A stretch of 64,000 nt of DNA from the NCBI GenBank assembly GCA_951406725.2, contig OX597827.1, positions 30,628,001-30,692,000 on the forward strand, written 5' to 3'. The notes beneath the pieces were generated by a model, which saw only the letters and a program-made list of their open reading frames with translations, was not told the DNA's origin and did not search any database. The position numbers and the translations under genes are program-made. Every line of letters begins with the position of its first letter. The stretch's first letter is position 1. Origin of the DNA: Octopus vulgaris. Taxonomy: Eukaryota. Below, in pieces: positions 16,525 to 30,541 of the stretch.

Positions 16525-16880
16525 AGCAAGGTTTTGGTCAACTCGGGGCTGTAGCAGAAAACACTTGCCTAAGGTTCTAACAATGTGGTTGGGAAACAAA
16601 CAGCTTAACCACACAGCTAGAGCTACACCTATTGAGTGAGTGTATATATTTGCATGTTTTCTGTGTGTGTGTGTGTGTATAATAGGCTTCTGTACAGTTT
16701 CCTTTGACAATTCTATTCAGAAGTTACTGGTTGACACAAGGCTTGTAATAAGACACTTTTCCAAGGCTTTGGTTGACCTGGGGCTATAGAAGAAAATGCT
16801 TGCCCAAGGTGACACACAGTGGGACTGAACCCAGAACAATATGGTTGTGAAGCAAACTTCTTACCATGCCTGTGCCTACA
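16525..16880 (-). mobile_element. Two partial family B SINEs
   Basis: gcttgcccaaggtgacacacagtgggactgaacccagaac and a second decayed head. Confidence 0.7.
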
Positions 16881-17067
16881 GTAAGCATTTGCTGTACTCC
16901 ATCACTGAATGCAAGATTCAGTGTCACAGCAGATGGTTAGGCAGCTCTGGAGGTGTTTCAGTCACTTCCATTGCAACAGCAGGGCAACCTAGGGCCACTC
17001 ACTGATGTAGGTGACAAAACTCCAGCACAACAGTGTGAGCTTTATTGAGTCTGGGCCAGATGTTTCT

Positions 17068-17277
17068 TATTTCTTTATTGCCCACAAGGGGCTAAACATA
17101 GAGGGGACAAACGAGGACAGACAAAGTGATTAAGTTGATTACATCGACCCCAGTGCATAACTGGTACTTATTTAATCGACCCCAAAAGGATGAAAGTTGA
17201 CCTCGGCAGAATTTGATCTCAGAACGTAAAGACGGACGAAATACCGCTAAGCATTTCACCCGGCATGCCAGCTCGCC
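17068..17277 (-). mobile_element. SINE family A with gccccttgtggg tail and TSD
   Basis: TSD agatgtttct at 17058-17067 and 17278-17287. Confidence 0.9.
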
Positions 17278-17439
17278 AGATGTTTCTACCATCCTCACTG
17301 CTTGATCTTGCTGTGCCACTCATCTTCTGTCTTGAGACAGTATAATGACTTGTTTTCTCAGCATCTTTTGCACTCCACTGCTCTCACAAATGAGAATACT
17401 AAAAATGAACCGAACTGGTTTCAAAAATTAAGTTAAAAA

Positions 17440-17620
17440 AAACTGGAAAAATAATCCAGAATACTTGTCTGGTACCAAATTGATCCTAAAATCTAATCAG
17501 TTTGTGCCAGTCACAAGGCCAAACATACCTGAAAGTTTCATTCAGCAGTTTGTCCACGGACAAACAAACAAATATGACTGAAAACAATACCTCCGTCTTT
17601 GCTAAGGTGGAAGTAATAAA
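17440..17620. mobile_element. Helentron-associated (HINE/DINE-like) non-autonomous end
   Basis: (caaa)n then aaaacaatacctccg...gtggaagtaataa terminal hairpin. Confidence 0.5.
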
Positions 17621-19018
17621 AAGCCATTAAGACGAAAAAGAACTTGTCAAAATATTTTATTTGATAAATGTACAAAGTAAAGACCACTGTTAAGAAGAAA
17701 AGCAGAAAATTTATCTCTTGTTTTGCTGTAATATATATATATATATATATACTTTGTTTTTTTTTTGTTTGTTTCAAATCTTTATAGAAATCAAGATTGG
17801 TAGGTAAGGGGAGGGGAAAAGGAAGGGAAGGCCTCTACAGAATAGCCAGCAGGTTTACTGTTCCTGTTAACCAATGATGCAGACTTAACAGTCACAGGTA
17901 AATAAATGATTTAGAGAGTCTCTCTCTCTTTTTTTATTTTTTGCCTTTGTTTCTTTTTTTTTGTCTTTTTTTTTTGCAGTAGCCATGATATGACAGGACA
18001 ACCAAAGCATCTGTAGCTAGAATTAGGGTCTTCTTGCCTTAGATGCTGGCTCCTCACATGAGGGAGGGAGGGGGGTCAATCAAGATGTGGAGATAGAACA
18101 GGGGTGAGAAAAAATCAAGAATAGTAATTTTTTTAAATATTTATTTAGAACAAATATGCTTTATTTTATTATATAGATATATATATATTTTTTTAAATTT
18201 TGTATATTAGTCATTATTATTATTATATTATTATTATTTTTGCTTCTTAAACTGTAGCCTCCTACTGCACACATAGCCTGGAATGTTCCATGTAAAACGA
18301 CTTGCATACACACCATTAATAGATGTGTTAGCAAAACAATGATCAGGTTTATCATATAGTTATTGTGTGTGTGTGAATGTGTATATATGCATGGTATGTA
18401 TTGATAAACACACACATACAAATGTGTATGTATATTTATGTGTGTGTGTATTAATTTTGTTATTTTGTTATCAATTCATTTTATTTTATTTATTTTTTTA
18501 CATATAAATTTTTTTAAATATAAATTTTGGTTTCAGACAACGAACAAGAGCAATAAATAGAATTCCCAACAAATAACTTAAATATCGATAATAGTCATAA
18601 TAAAAAGTAAAAATAATAATAATATTGATGGTAATTAGACATTTTCACGTACAGTAATAAAAAATAAATAATTATGGGAGTAAAAACAAAAAAAAAAAAA
18701 AAACAAAATAATTGAAGAAATTTGCTTAATGGATAAAGAAAGAAACAGTGTACCCAGACTGTCTTATTTAACATTGAACAATACCTGCACCACAACAACA
18801 GGAAATGGATGTTGTATAAACACATTGTTAATAGTTCAGTCCAGCCCAGCTTGCTCCAGCCTGGCCCAGCCCAAATTTAGTTTTCTCTGACAATGACGTT
18901 ACATGGTTTAATTACAAATCACTGATGCTCATCTTTTAATTTTAATATATATATATGTGTATATTTATTTATATATTTATTTATTTGTATTTCTTTAACA
19001 TTTTTGGATTAGATCCAC

Positions 19019-19078
<60 letters not shown>

Positions 19079-20194
19079 TACATATATGTATATGTATGTA
19101 TGTATATGTATATACGCATATGTATGTATATAGAATTTGTTTTAACTTCCCTTCTCAACACTTGGACACACAAGAAGATACACAGATACAAACTTGGCAA
19201 ACATCAAGTATTGGTTTTTGTCATTACGAAGAGGAAATAGATAAAAGACATTGGGACAAAGAGCATTTGGTTAAAAGTAGCATTGTGGACAATTTCTCAA
19301 CTTTCCTGTCTCTTTGCATATATGCACTCCATTTGTGCAGACACATGTACAAAATACATACTCCTGTGCACACACACACTCTATTTTCTGGTATAGAAGT
19401 TGAATTTTTTTATGGTCAAAATATGCTGCCAAAAATGTTATGTTGATTTACAAACCAAGACAACTTTGGAGGACCAAAAAATTCCATGTGAAATGCAGCA
19501 GGATTTGGAAACATAATGACAATGTTTGAATGCTTATAGAACATGTTTACTTTATATATTTATTATGTTGACTTGTATGCCAGGAAATAAAATACACACA
19601 CATATCATATATATACATGTGTGTGTATGTGTCTAATCATCTATCTGTGTGTTTGTAATATGTCATATGTAAGGATGGAGAGCAATGTTACCTCCAAACT
19701 GATTGTATGCTCATACACATTTTGCATTTAGCACACAAAAGAAATAAATGTGTACATTAGGTTTTCAAGATGAAGTTGTTTCTTTTTTTTTTTTTAACTG
19801 AAGACAGTTACTTGGGAAGGATGAAAGTCAGAAATTGATTTCAGTGAGATCTGAATTCTGAATTCAAAGAACTGGAAATAACATCTATATTCCTTCCTGT
19901 GTATGGACATAAGTATTTATTTTCATGTCTTTCTTTGCTAACTAAAACGCTAAGTCACTTAACTGTTTATTTAGATTGCTATGTTAGTGTTAATATATAC
20001 ATGAAGCATTAAAAAAGCTAATTACTTGAAAATTCATATTTAATTAATTGAAATTTTGGCATCCTTACTAGATATAGTTGTTAGATATTTTTAATTCTAT
20101 GCAAATTAGTGGAATGGAAATCACCCTGGAAACACATGCGCACTTGGGAGGTAAACTTAATCATGAGGTTCTTGGTTGCCTTAAGCAGAGTAGC

Positions 20195-20330
20195 TGACTG
20201 GTACTTTATTTTATCAACTCCAGAAGGATGAAAGGCAAAGTTGACCTCAGCAGAATTTGAACTCAGAACATCAAGAGACAAAAAAAATGTCACTAAACAC
20301 TTTATCTGATGTTTCCACCAGCTTGCCATC
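20195..20330 (-). mobile_element. SINE family A
   Basis: aaggatgaaaggcaaagttgacctcagcagaatttgaactcagaac. Confidence 0.8.
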
Positions 20331-21054
20331 TTATGGAATTTCAATTATGAAAGACAATTATTATTGATATCTCAAGGTGAATTACAGCAGAGAAGCTAAT
20401 GAAACTTTCTTTTAGTACATAACTGTGTATAATATATAAAGATTCTATGAGCAAGCATTAAGTGTCCAGAATCTAAGCACACACAACAGTGCTTGGCAGT
20501 TAGCTGTCTTATAAATCTGCATGACCAGCTGTAGCCCTCGATATTTAGCTGACTACATCAGTATAACTCATAAACAGGTCGTTGGTTCATCTTCAAAGTG
20601 AAATTACCCACTCAGAAATTGACTGTTTTGTTGCAGACTCAATTCATCCACTGATCACCCATGTACATGATAAATATGAGCTAACTTGAGAAAGTCCACT
20701 AAAAGCAGAAGCAAGCCCTTGTGTAACTGCAGAGAGCAAGAGAGATTACACAGCATGTTACAGAATAAGCCTTGATACCTCAGAAAACACTATTGCCTGT
20801 TTGAATTCAAATAAGCTTCCATTTTCCTTTTCCTTTTTTTTTTTTTGTCTTAAATATAATCTGATAATGAATTGTTACAAAAATAAAACAGATGTGTTTG
20901 GTTTGACAAAGATTCAATTAAATTCCTGACTTGAATTAAAAGTCTTAGAGATGTACTTTGGTATGCCATCTACTGGAAAAAAAATAGTAGTTCAGTTAGT
21001 CTTAAGAGAGCACAAATAAGCTAAGTTGAAATAATTATTCAGTGAGGAAAAAAT

Positions 21055-21275
21055 AATTCTTCCTACTATGGGTACAAGGCCTGAGATTTTGGGGAAGTGG
21101 GGGATAGTCGATTACATCGACCCCAGTACTACACTGGTACTTATTTTACTGACCCTGAAAGGACAAAAGGCAAAGTCGACCTCAGCAGAATTTGAACTTA
21201 GAACATAAAGCTGGAAGCAATGCTGCTAAGCATTTTGTCCAGCATTCTAATGATTCAGTCAGATGACCACCCTAC
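21055..21275 (-). mobile_element. SINE family A, aggccttgtacc..tagtag tail type
   Basis: Near full-length match to other copies. Confidence 0.85.
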
Positions 21276-24210
21276 AGTTTGGAATAAATAATACTAAGCA
21301 ATGGATGTTACTGTTTTAATTATTTTGGTATGGGAGACAACTCTATGTAAGTTTCAGTCTTATTATGACCTCATCAGTAAGGCATAGATTTTAGCATACT
21401 TGCCAAAGCAGTGACGAGAAGATTTTTAAGTAAATGCACAAGATTGTATAGTGGGTGATGTAGAAAAATAGAACTGTTTATAGAATAGAGAAATTGATCG
21501 TCTTGAATAATTGACACACTTTCTTTCGACACTTGTTTAAAAGATGAGTTAAATATGAATGGCTATTGAAGAAAGTTAGGAAGAAAACCTTCCAGCAAAT
21601 CAGCTAAACTATTGAATGATGGTGTCAGAAGATAATGAATTCTATGTGAAATATACATATGTGTGTGTATGTTTTGTATCTGCATGTATGTGTGTGTATG
21701 TATATATATATACAAATGTACATATACATACATATATACATTCATATATATATAGACAGAGCTAGATACACACACACACTCACACACATATATAGCTAGA
21801 TACATTTACACATATATTCCATGGAGCATTTATAAAAAGGATCCTTGTGACTGGAATGATTTGAAGAAAAGGAGGAGAGAGAAATAAAATCATTATGCAT
21901 TCTATATTCCTGATGCAATAGAGGTAGGGTGGGGGAGAGTTTGGTCTGGTGCAATTGAGCAGAAAAACAGAGAGAGTAATATAGAGAGGGGTAGATATGG
22001 AACAGATCCTTTGGGACATAATGGTGGATCAACATGACTGATGATGATGATGATGACAAAGATGATAACTATCTGAGCAATTAGTTTTAACACCTAACTG
22101 AATATGATTTGCAACTCCACGCCCTACTGAAATGGCATATTAGACTTTCATATTTATTTTATATTTGAATTAAGATTTGAAAAAATATATTTATATATTT
22201 TTTAACATAATATAAAGGAATTTGCTTTGTGCTACATAGACAGATAATTTCATATTACATAATCAATTTGATAATTAATGCTTCACACCTGCCCTCCCCC
22301 TTCTCCCACCTACACAAAAATATGCAGTAATTAACAGCAATTAACAGTACCAGTAATCAGCTAAGCTTTGTTTCCCATTGCATTAAATAGATGAGAGGGA
22401 AAGCTGGCCCTGGAACAGGTTGTTTTGAAGGGAGTTCATAACCCCCACTTCTTTTGTCACCATATTTCTGTTGAGATATACAGATTTTGTATCAGATGAT
22501 TTTTAAAATAATGAAGAATTTAATAAAATAATTTTGTCATTAATCATTAATTAAGCTAGCATTTGGAACAAATTAACATGATATTTTGACAGATTTGAAT
22601 TTAGATCATTTTGATAGAGGAACCAGGGAGGCAATATCAGGTGAGTTGTTCTGAAGAAATTTTGTTTAGTTATACACAAAATTGAATGTCTACATAGCAG
22701 TCCTATAAAACAGTGGGAAAGCTGGTGTTTCCTGTTGGCCCTTTCAGGCTTTACCTTTTAAATGGTTCAAATGATGGGTTCTATAAAATTAGGCAGAGAT
22801 AAATAAGATCTCCTGATTGTATAAGATGTTAAGTGACTAGTCAGTTATGGGTTACCTTCCAAGAAAAATCTGGCAGTAAACAAGCTCCCCAAAGTAAGTA
22901 GGTGAACTGAGAAAATGTAGGATGAACTAAAAATGAATCCCAAAAGTACACTGAAAGGAAAAACACCTGTGTATGATTTAAACTCACAACCAAGCAACTG
23001 TCAAGCAGTTTAGTACCCTTCTTACTCAACTACTTTGCTTTAACTCCTTGTGTGAGCTGAGCAAAGTAATAAGTGACAACTTTTGTTAATATTCATGTCC
23101 CTCAATTCCCTATGATTAATTAATTGTTAATGACTTCGTAATTAGCAAACACAATATCGGTCAAAGATGACCTCATAGAGGAAGGAAAATGAGATATGAT
23201 GTTAAGGGAAATTGTTTTGGAGGAACCGAAACTGATTTTTTTTTTAATATTATCCTACCTACTGCTTTGAGATAAATCTCAATACATAACCAATACTATT
23301 TATTATTATTATTATTATTATACACGCTTAATTAATGAGAGAGAGAGAGAGAGACGGACAGAAAGAGAGGGAGAGAACATATGCTAACTTAGCCTTTTAC
23401 CAATGATATAATGAAGAATATATAATCTGAATATTGTTTCTAAAACTAAATATAACACACACACACAACACACATGCACACTCATGTATACACACATAAT
23501 ATATCTATGTATGTGTATATCTATATATACACATATATCATATATTAGATGCATACAAACGCACACACACACACACACATATATATATGAATACATATGC
23601 AGACATATATATATATATATACAAGAGGGAGAAAGGGGGGAAAGGGAAGGAAGGAGAGAAAGAGATAATAGATCATAATAATGGAATAAATTTGACTTTT
23701 TAAGCTTGGGGGAATCTCTTCCAAACCAGTGAATGATTTATATGCCAAGGATAAAAGGTGGAACTAAACATGAGTTTTGAACTGAAACGCTGAGGACTGA
23801 TTTCTTTATAATGCCACCACTTGCCATCTTGTTTACTACTTGGCAACAAATGTGACAGAATATTTGTCTCAAAATGAGGAATTATAAAAAGCAAAAAACA
23901 ATACAACTGCTACTTCTAAAGAATAATATTGTGGTTGCTGAGAAGCTAAGTCATGTTTAACATTTTGTTCATGAAAAAGTGAATGCTACATCCATCTCCA
24001 TCAGGCCTCACACATGAAGTGGACATTAGAGCAAATGGCAGAAAGAATATTATGGGAAAAAAAATCATTTAGAGACAGAGGGATACTTGTAGACAGGTGG
24101 ATAGATTGATATGTGAATGGGTAAATAGAGAGAAAAATAAATAGATAAACATATAATTACGTAGATTGCTATATAGTGAGATGGGTAAGTAGAAGTTAGA
24201 TAAGTGTGTA

Positions 24211-24260
<50 letters not shown>

Positions 24261-24264
<4 letters not shown>

Positions 24265-24640
24265 CGTAGGAGTGGGTGTGTGGTAAGTAGCTTGTTTACC
24301 AACCATATGGTTCCAGGTTCAGTCCCACTGCGTGGCACCTTGGGCAAGTGTCTTCTACTATAGCCTTGGGCTGACCAAAGCCTTATGAGTGGATTTGGTA
24401 GGTGGAAACTGAAAGAAGCCTGTCGTATATATGTATATTTATATATATATATATATTGTTTGTGTGTCTGTGTTTGTCCCCCCCAACATTGCTTGACAAC
24501 CAATGGTGGTGTGTTTACATCCCCGTAACTTAGTGGTTCGGCAAAAGAGACCGATAGAATAAGTACTAGGCTTACAAAGAATAAGTCCTGGCGGTACTCC
24601 AGCATGGCCACAGTCAAATGACTGAAACAAGTAAAAGAGT
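24261..24640 (+). mobile_element. SINE family B
   Basis: Colinear with 1887-2280. Ends gactgaaacaagtaaaagagta. Confidence 0.9.
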
Positions 24641-25705
24641 ATATTGTATATTCATGTAGTGTTGATTGTTATAGAAAAGAGAACTCAATATCATAGTCAT
24701 AACTTGCCTGAAGATCCTCTGAACACACAGGTTAAACTCAGAGTAACAAGAGACTGACTTGATCAAAATATACATATATATAAATATATATGAATTAATT
24801 GCCAACAACTTGCAGATACAAGTGCTACCAGTTGAAAACTCTGCATATCAGACTTTAGTGGGCTTATAGGATCATCAGGAGAGAATACATGCCATTTTTG
24901 GCTTACGTCTTGATAGCACACTGCCTTCCTCTCCTCATTAAGATGAGGCTCTGCTTGTTAGATCGACTGATAAGTAGAATTCATTCAATGCTCTTCTAGC
25001 CATTGCTCATTGTCTCTTTTTAACCAAATCCAGTGGCTTGCCTTCTCCACTGTAGCTTGCATATTGCTCATGATGGTATTCACTTTACATTGAGTCAGGC
25101 CTAGTGACACGCCATCACCTCATACTGTTTCTACCTTATTGTATACCAGAAACAGAAGTGTATACATATATAGTAGATAGATAAGTAAATTTATCAAGGA
25201 ACTATTGGTTCTTCCAATGGTAAGCAGTTAGAGAAAAGAAAAAAACAAATGAACTGCAAAGAACTCAAGCAAATCAAACTCTGCCATATTATTTCGAGGA
25301 AATCTTGAGAAAATGGAAAGTAGGAGTAGAAACAAGCCAGGGATCAAGTGAGATTAAAACAGAAAACTGTCAGATCGTTTCTGTTGGGGTAGTGCTACTG
25401 AAATACTCTGTCATTGCTTCAGATAATGACAAGAGTTAGAAGAGGGGAGAGAGAACAAAGGTAGCGCCAGGTGTCTGAGGTATAATTTCAAACAGAACAC
25501 CTTATAAGGCACATATAGAAAAATCTCAGGACATGGTATCTCTGGCAGAGGTGGCCACTTGCTTTGAATAGGGTTGAACAAAGGGCAACATTTCTGAGGT
25601 AAACAAAATTCTGAACCTATATATATATATATATACACATACACACACACACATATATAAATATATGTATATATATAGAGAGACAGACAGACAATACATA
25701 GGCAT

Positions 25706-25910
25706 ATATAGGTGTTCATAAATTATTTTTACAATCTTCCCAATTTATCATCTAGCTGTGTTGTATGCAACCAATGTGGAAGTATTTTGATGTTTCTAAT
25801 AAAACTGTATCTGTTTGCCTGATTTCCAATAAACTCTGTTCAGTTATCCTTATTTTTATTTTTTCCTCAATTTGTCACATTGTAAAGATAATTTACGGAC
25901 ACCTTGTATA
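25706..25910. mobile_element. Tc1/mariner-type MITE
   Basis: TIRs of about 30 bp: tataggtgttcataaattatttttacaat / attgtaaagataatttacggacaccttgta. TA flanks. Confidence 0.8.
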
Positions 25911-25926
25911 TTATATATATACATAC

Positions 25927-26006
<80 letters not shown>

Positions 26007-26601
26007 CTACATAGACAATAGATAGACAGACAGATAGAGAGAGAGAGAGAGAGAAAGAGAGAAAGAAATTAAGGCAGCATTGTGAAATAGATTAGTAGTT
26101 TAGTCAGTCAGAGAGAAGAAAATAAAAAGTTTATGATGAGCTGTACAGCAATAGAAACTGGGACCTTGGTTAGCACAACATAAAAACGACTGGTTCAGAG
26201 TCATGATGTACAGTATAAAGAAGGCCAACAAGATTTTCTAAGTTTTTGAAAGGAAGGAAAAATAGAGATTGGAATAAAGTGAGAAACAGTTAAATAAATA
26301 TAGAGTATTGAAGATTTTTCCTTTTTTTCTATGAATGAGTAGCAAAAATACAAAATATAAGTCTTCCTTTGAAGATATATATTTATATATATATTATATT
26401 TTTATAGGTAAATATATATATAATTAAAATAAATGAAAATGAAAACACTCTTTAGTGATTAATTAAATTAATTTGAGAATATTTTGCTGTTAATCTGAAA
26501 AGCTAGTTAGATTTAGAATATGATTCAAAATAAATACATATACTACATTTTTAAAGAGTTTGTAGATACCACAAAAAAACAAAAACAGTTTAAGCCTGAG
26601 A

Positions 26602-26664
<63 letters not shown>

Positions 26665-26798
26665 TTGATTCTCTGAATGTTTTGAAAGATAATTATGATA
26701 AGAAAAATAAATAAAAAAATTGCCCAATAATATATATTTAGATAGATTCATAAAAATAGAATTTGTGCAATGAAATAAATATATATATCTATCTTTAT

Positions 26799-26832
<34 letters not shown>

Positions 26833-26900
26833 TGTATATATATGTATGTACATATATATGTGTGTATGTAAATATGTATATAGATGTATATGTATATCAT

Positions 26901-26942
<42 letters not shown>

Positions 26943-27469
26943 AATATAAATTATACATATATATAGATATGTGTGTAGATAATAACCAGAAGAATAATGA
27001 AATGCTGGTTGGCCAAAATTTATTTCACATATTTCAATTTTTAACTTTTACATTGATTTCAGCCAACAACATACAAGGCTTATTTAGGCAATTTTCAAAC
27101 TTATGTTTTCAAAATAAAACGAATTTTTCGTTTATAAAATCTTATTTCTTAGCTGTTATTTTTTTAACAAGAAAATAATGGTTTTTAAGGTGAGCATCAG
27201 CGAACCAACAATGGTTAGGAGCGGGAGATAAAAAACACCCAAAGAACAGACACAAGAAAAGCTAGCCCAGGCAAGACAATCATAGAGGTGGTTGAACTTC
27301 AAAAACCCAACTACAAAAAAAAAAAAAAATTAAGCATAAAGAGACTAGTTGGTATATGGAATATCATGGATTTAGTACCATATTCACCAGAAAGTGGCTA
27401 ACTTCTTGACTTCTATAAAAGCAAGAAGGTAGAAAAGAAAGAAGAAGAGTTTAGGTATCATAACCAAGA

Positions 27470-27679
27470 TTAGCATCCAGCATATAATGCCCCAATGGGG
27501 GTGGGGATAACAGTTCTGGGTGAGGTAGTGCAGCTGTTGATGGCTTTCGCTCTATCTGCTTCTGCAGCCTTCCTCACTGCCGATTCAGCTACCACCCGAT
27601 GTGTACCCGTGTCTGAAGCGGTGTCATGTACAGCCATCGGATCAATAACTGTTCCATTTGGAAATTTCCCCAAACTCAT
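27470..27679 (-). CDS. Possible 69-aa small ORF, unknown function
   Basis: GC-richer island bounded closely by ATG and TAA. Helical AESAVRKAAEADRAKA segment. Confidence 0.35.
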   Translation of the reverse strand: MSLGKFPNGTVIDPMAVHDTASDTGTHRVVAESAVRKAAEADRAKAINSCTTSPRTVIPTPIGALYAGC

Positions 27680-27927
27680 CTTTAAATGTAATTTTGTTAT
27701 ATTTTGCTTAATTTTTTCATTTTTTTTTTTTTTTACATTTGTAATATTTTCATTTTAAGTCCTTTTTTTTGCTCTTTCATACATTATTATATTTTTCAAG
27801 TGTTAGTTTCTGATGTGATAATTAAAACTTGCAAATCGTGAGCCAATCACAAGGCGAGGATTCAAAGTTAGCTTCAGTTTCTCATTTAACTCTTTCTTCA
27901 TGACATTTCATAGGATATAATATAGAT

Positions 27928-28006
<79 letters not shown>

Positions 28007-28111
28007 TATATAAACATATATATATATATATAAACATATATATGTATATGTATATATATATAAACGTATATGATATATATTTGTGTGTATATATATATAT
28101 ATACACACACA

Positions 28112-28170
<59 letters not shown>

Positions 28171-28722
28171 GAGCACTTCTAATAATGGATGTAGGATATG
28201 AAACTTTAACCAAAAGTAGCAGCTATCTTTAAGAGGTCACAACGACCTTATCAAATTTCAGAAAAAAAATTACTTTTCAAGCAGAAAGTTTCAAAGGAAT
28301 GATTGAGGTTGTGTAACATTGATTATAATAAATAAATAAATAAATAAATATGTAAGCATTGATATATATAAATATATATATATACATATATATTATGAAG
28401 TTGGGTGTGGGACAGCGTAATTAAGTTGCTATGAAAAAAAATAGGATAAAAACTAAAACAGGCCATGAAAAAGAACAGCATATTAAATTGAGGAGAAAAC
28501 TACCAATACAATTCCCAAAAAGGCACTTGGAAAATACACAACATACAGACTGCACAAGAAGTTAAAAGAGGAACTGAAAGCATTTTGCAGCTGCACTCTT
28601 TTGTAGAATACCTGGAATGTTTTGAAGAAAATAAATAATGCAGTAGTGATGATTAGATTAATGTTCAGAAAAATAGTTTGTTTTTTGGAAGTTCACTTAT
28701 TCTTTTTGTTAATAGCAGCATT

Positions 28723-28727
<5 letters not shown>

Positions 28728-28758
<31 letters not shown>

Positions 28759-28803
28759 GTATATATATACATATGTATATATATATATATATGTATATAT
28801 TTG

Positions 28804-28835
<32 letters not shown>

Positions 28836-28867
28836 CATATGTATATATATATATATGTATATATTTG

Positions 28868-28899
<32 letters not shown>

Positions 28900-29001
28900 C
28901 ATATGTATATATATATATGTATATATTTATATATATATATATGTATATATATGTATATATATATATATATGTATATATATGTATATATATATATATGTAT
29001 A

Positions 29002-29061
<60 letters not shown>

Positions 29062-29084
29062 TACATACATACATACATATATAT
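28728..29084. repeat. (TA)n-derived minisatellite
   Basis: Recurrent acatatgt and atttgt variants in TA runs. Confidence 0.9.
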
Positions 29085-29185
29085 ATTATTATTATCCTTA
29101 TTTATATTAATATTTTCTTTTTTTTTTTTGCAACATGTGTGTTTTATTTTAGCAAGAGATTGTTGCAGATACTGAATGACTGTGG

Positions 29186-29217
<32 letters not shown>

Positions 29218-29784
29218 TCAAAGTTGATGGTTTAAATAATTCTCCATTTTTTCTCTCTTTTAAAATTTTCTCTTTTCTTTTCTTTTCTTTTTATTTGTCC
29301 ATTTTGCTTGCAAATCACAGTGGCTGGACTATTTTTGAAGGCATGGGCTACTGAACAAGCCAATCTGACCAAAACTCAGTTTATAACTTGTAGGGGTGGT
29401 GGTGGTGGTGTTAGGAGATGTAAAGACAAAATAGCAACAAGCAATGAGTGTTGTTGTAGTATCTGTTTTCTTTTTACCCTTCTAATATATTTTTTTTCAT
29501 AAATTCTCATTTTCCTTGATTAAGACAGGTTATTAAGGAAGTAGTGACACATCCACAATAGTTTTTCAAGAGAAGAAAAATTAAAAAGAAAACAATTCAA
29601 GACAAGATTTGATGGAAAGTGATACAATTGCTGGTGAATTTGAGAAAAAAAGTCAGTTGACAAAAAAAAAAAAGGAAAAAAAAAAAGAAAAAAAAAGAAA
29701 GAAAAGAGAAACCAAAAACAAATACCAGAAAATTTTAAATGTTATGAAATTTGCATCATCACTTACGTCTGCTCCTTCATCATT

Positions 29785-30050
29785 AAAATGTTTAAAATAC
29801 AAACTGTAGATTATAAATGTAGTGTTTAAAACATAATGTGTAAATTATAGTAAAAATAACCCTTAAATTGTAAATACAGTGTTTAAATGTAAATTGTAAA
29901 TTATAAACACTTTAAAATATAAACCAGAGTAAATTATAAATGCTGTGTTTTAAAATGTAAATCTTAAATTGTAAAAAGAATGGAATGTTTAAAATATAAA
30001 CAAAGTTATAAACACATAATTTAATAAAATATAAACCTTAAATCATAAAC
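29785..30050. repeat. Degenerate AT-rich tandem repeat, unit about 30-35 bp
   Basis: Recurring gtttaaaat.taaa....taaattataaa. Confidence 0.6.
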
Positions 30051-30052
30051 AT

Positions 30053-30084
<32 letters not shown>

Positions 30085-30198
30085 ATATATAGAATATATA
30101 TATATATACATACATATTTATAATATATAGAATATATACATACATACATACATATATATATATACACATACATACATGTATATATATATACACACACT

Positions 30199-30230
<32 letters not shown>

Positions 30231-30319
30231 AATAAAGATATTATCATTATTATTATTACTAAATAGTAATAACAATAATATAAGTGACCAGCAAGCATTA
30301 AAGCCAAAAAGGCAAATCT

Positions 30320-30541
30320 ATAAATTTATAATTAATTATTAATTATAATTCAGGGTACATGAAGTACCAGCGTTGCTAGAAATAAGAGATAAAAAAAATA
30401 CTCAAATAAGCAACCATTTCACTGAAAATACAACAGGCTGTTGTATTTTCAGTGAAATAGTGGCTTATTTGAGTATTTTATGACTTATTTCTTGTAACAC
30501 TGGTACCCTCAAATATAATTAATAATTAATTATAAATTTAT
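30320..30541. repeat. About 220 bp palindrome (foldback)
   Basis: Centre tttcactgaaaatacaacag-g-ctgttgtattttcagtgaaa. Matching ends ataaatttataattaattattaattata. Confidence 0.92.
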
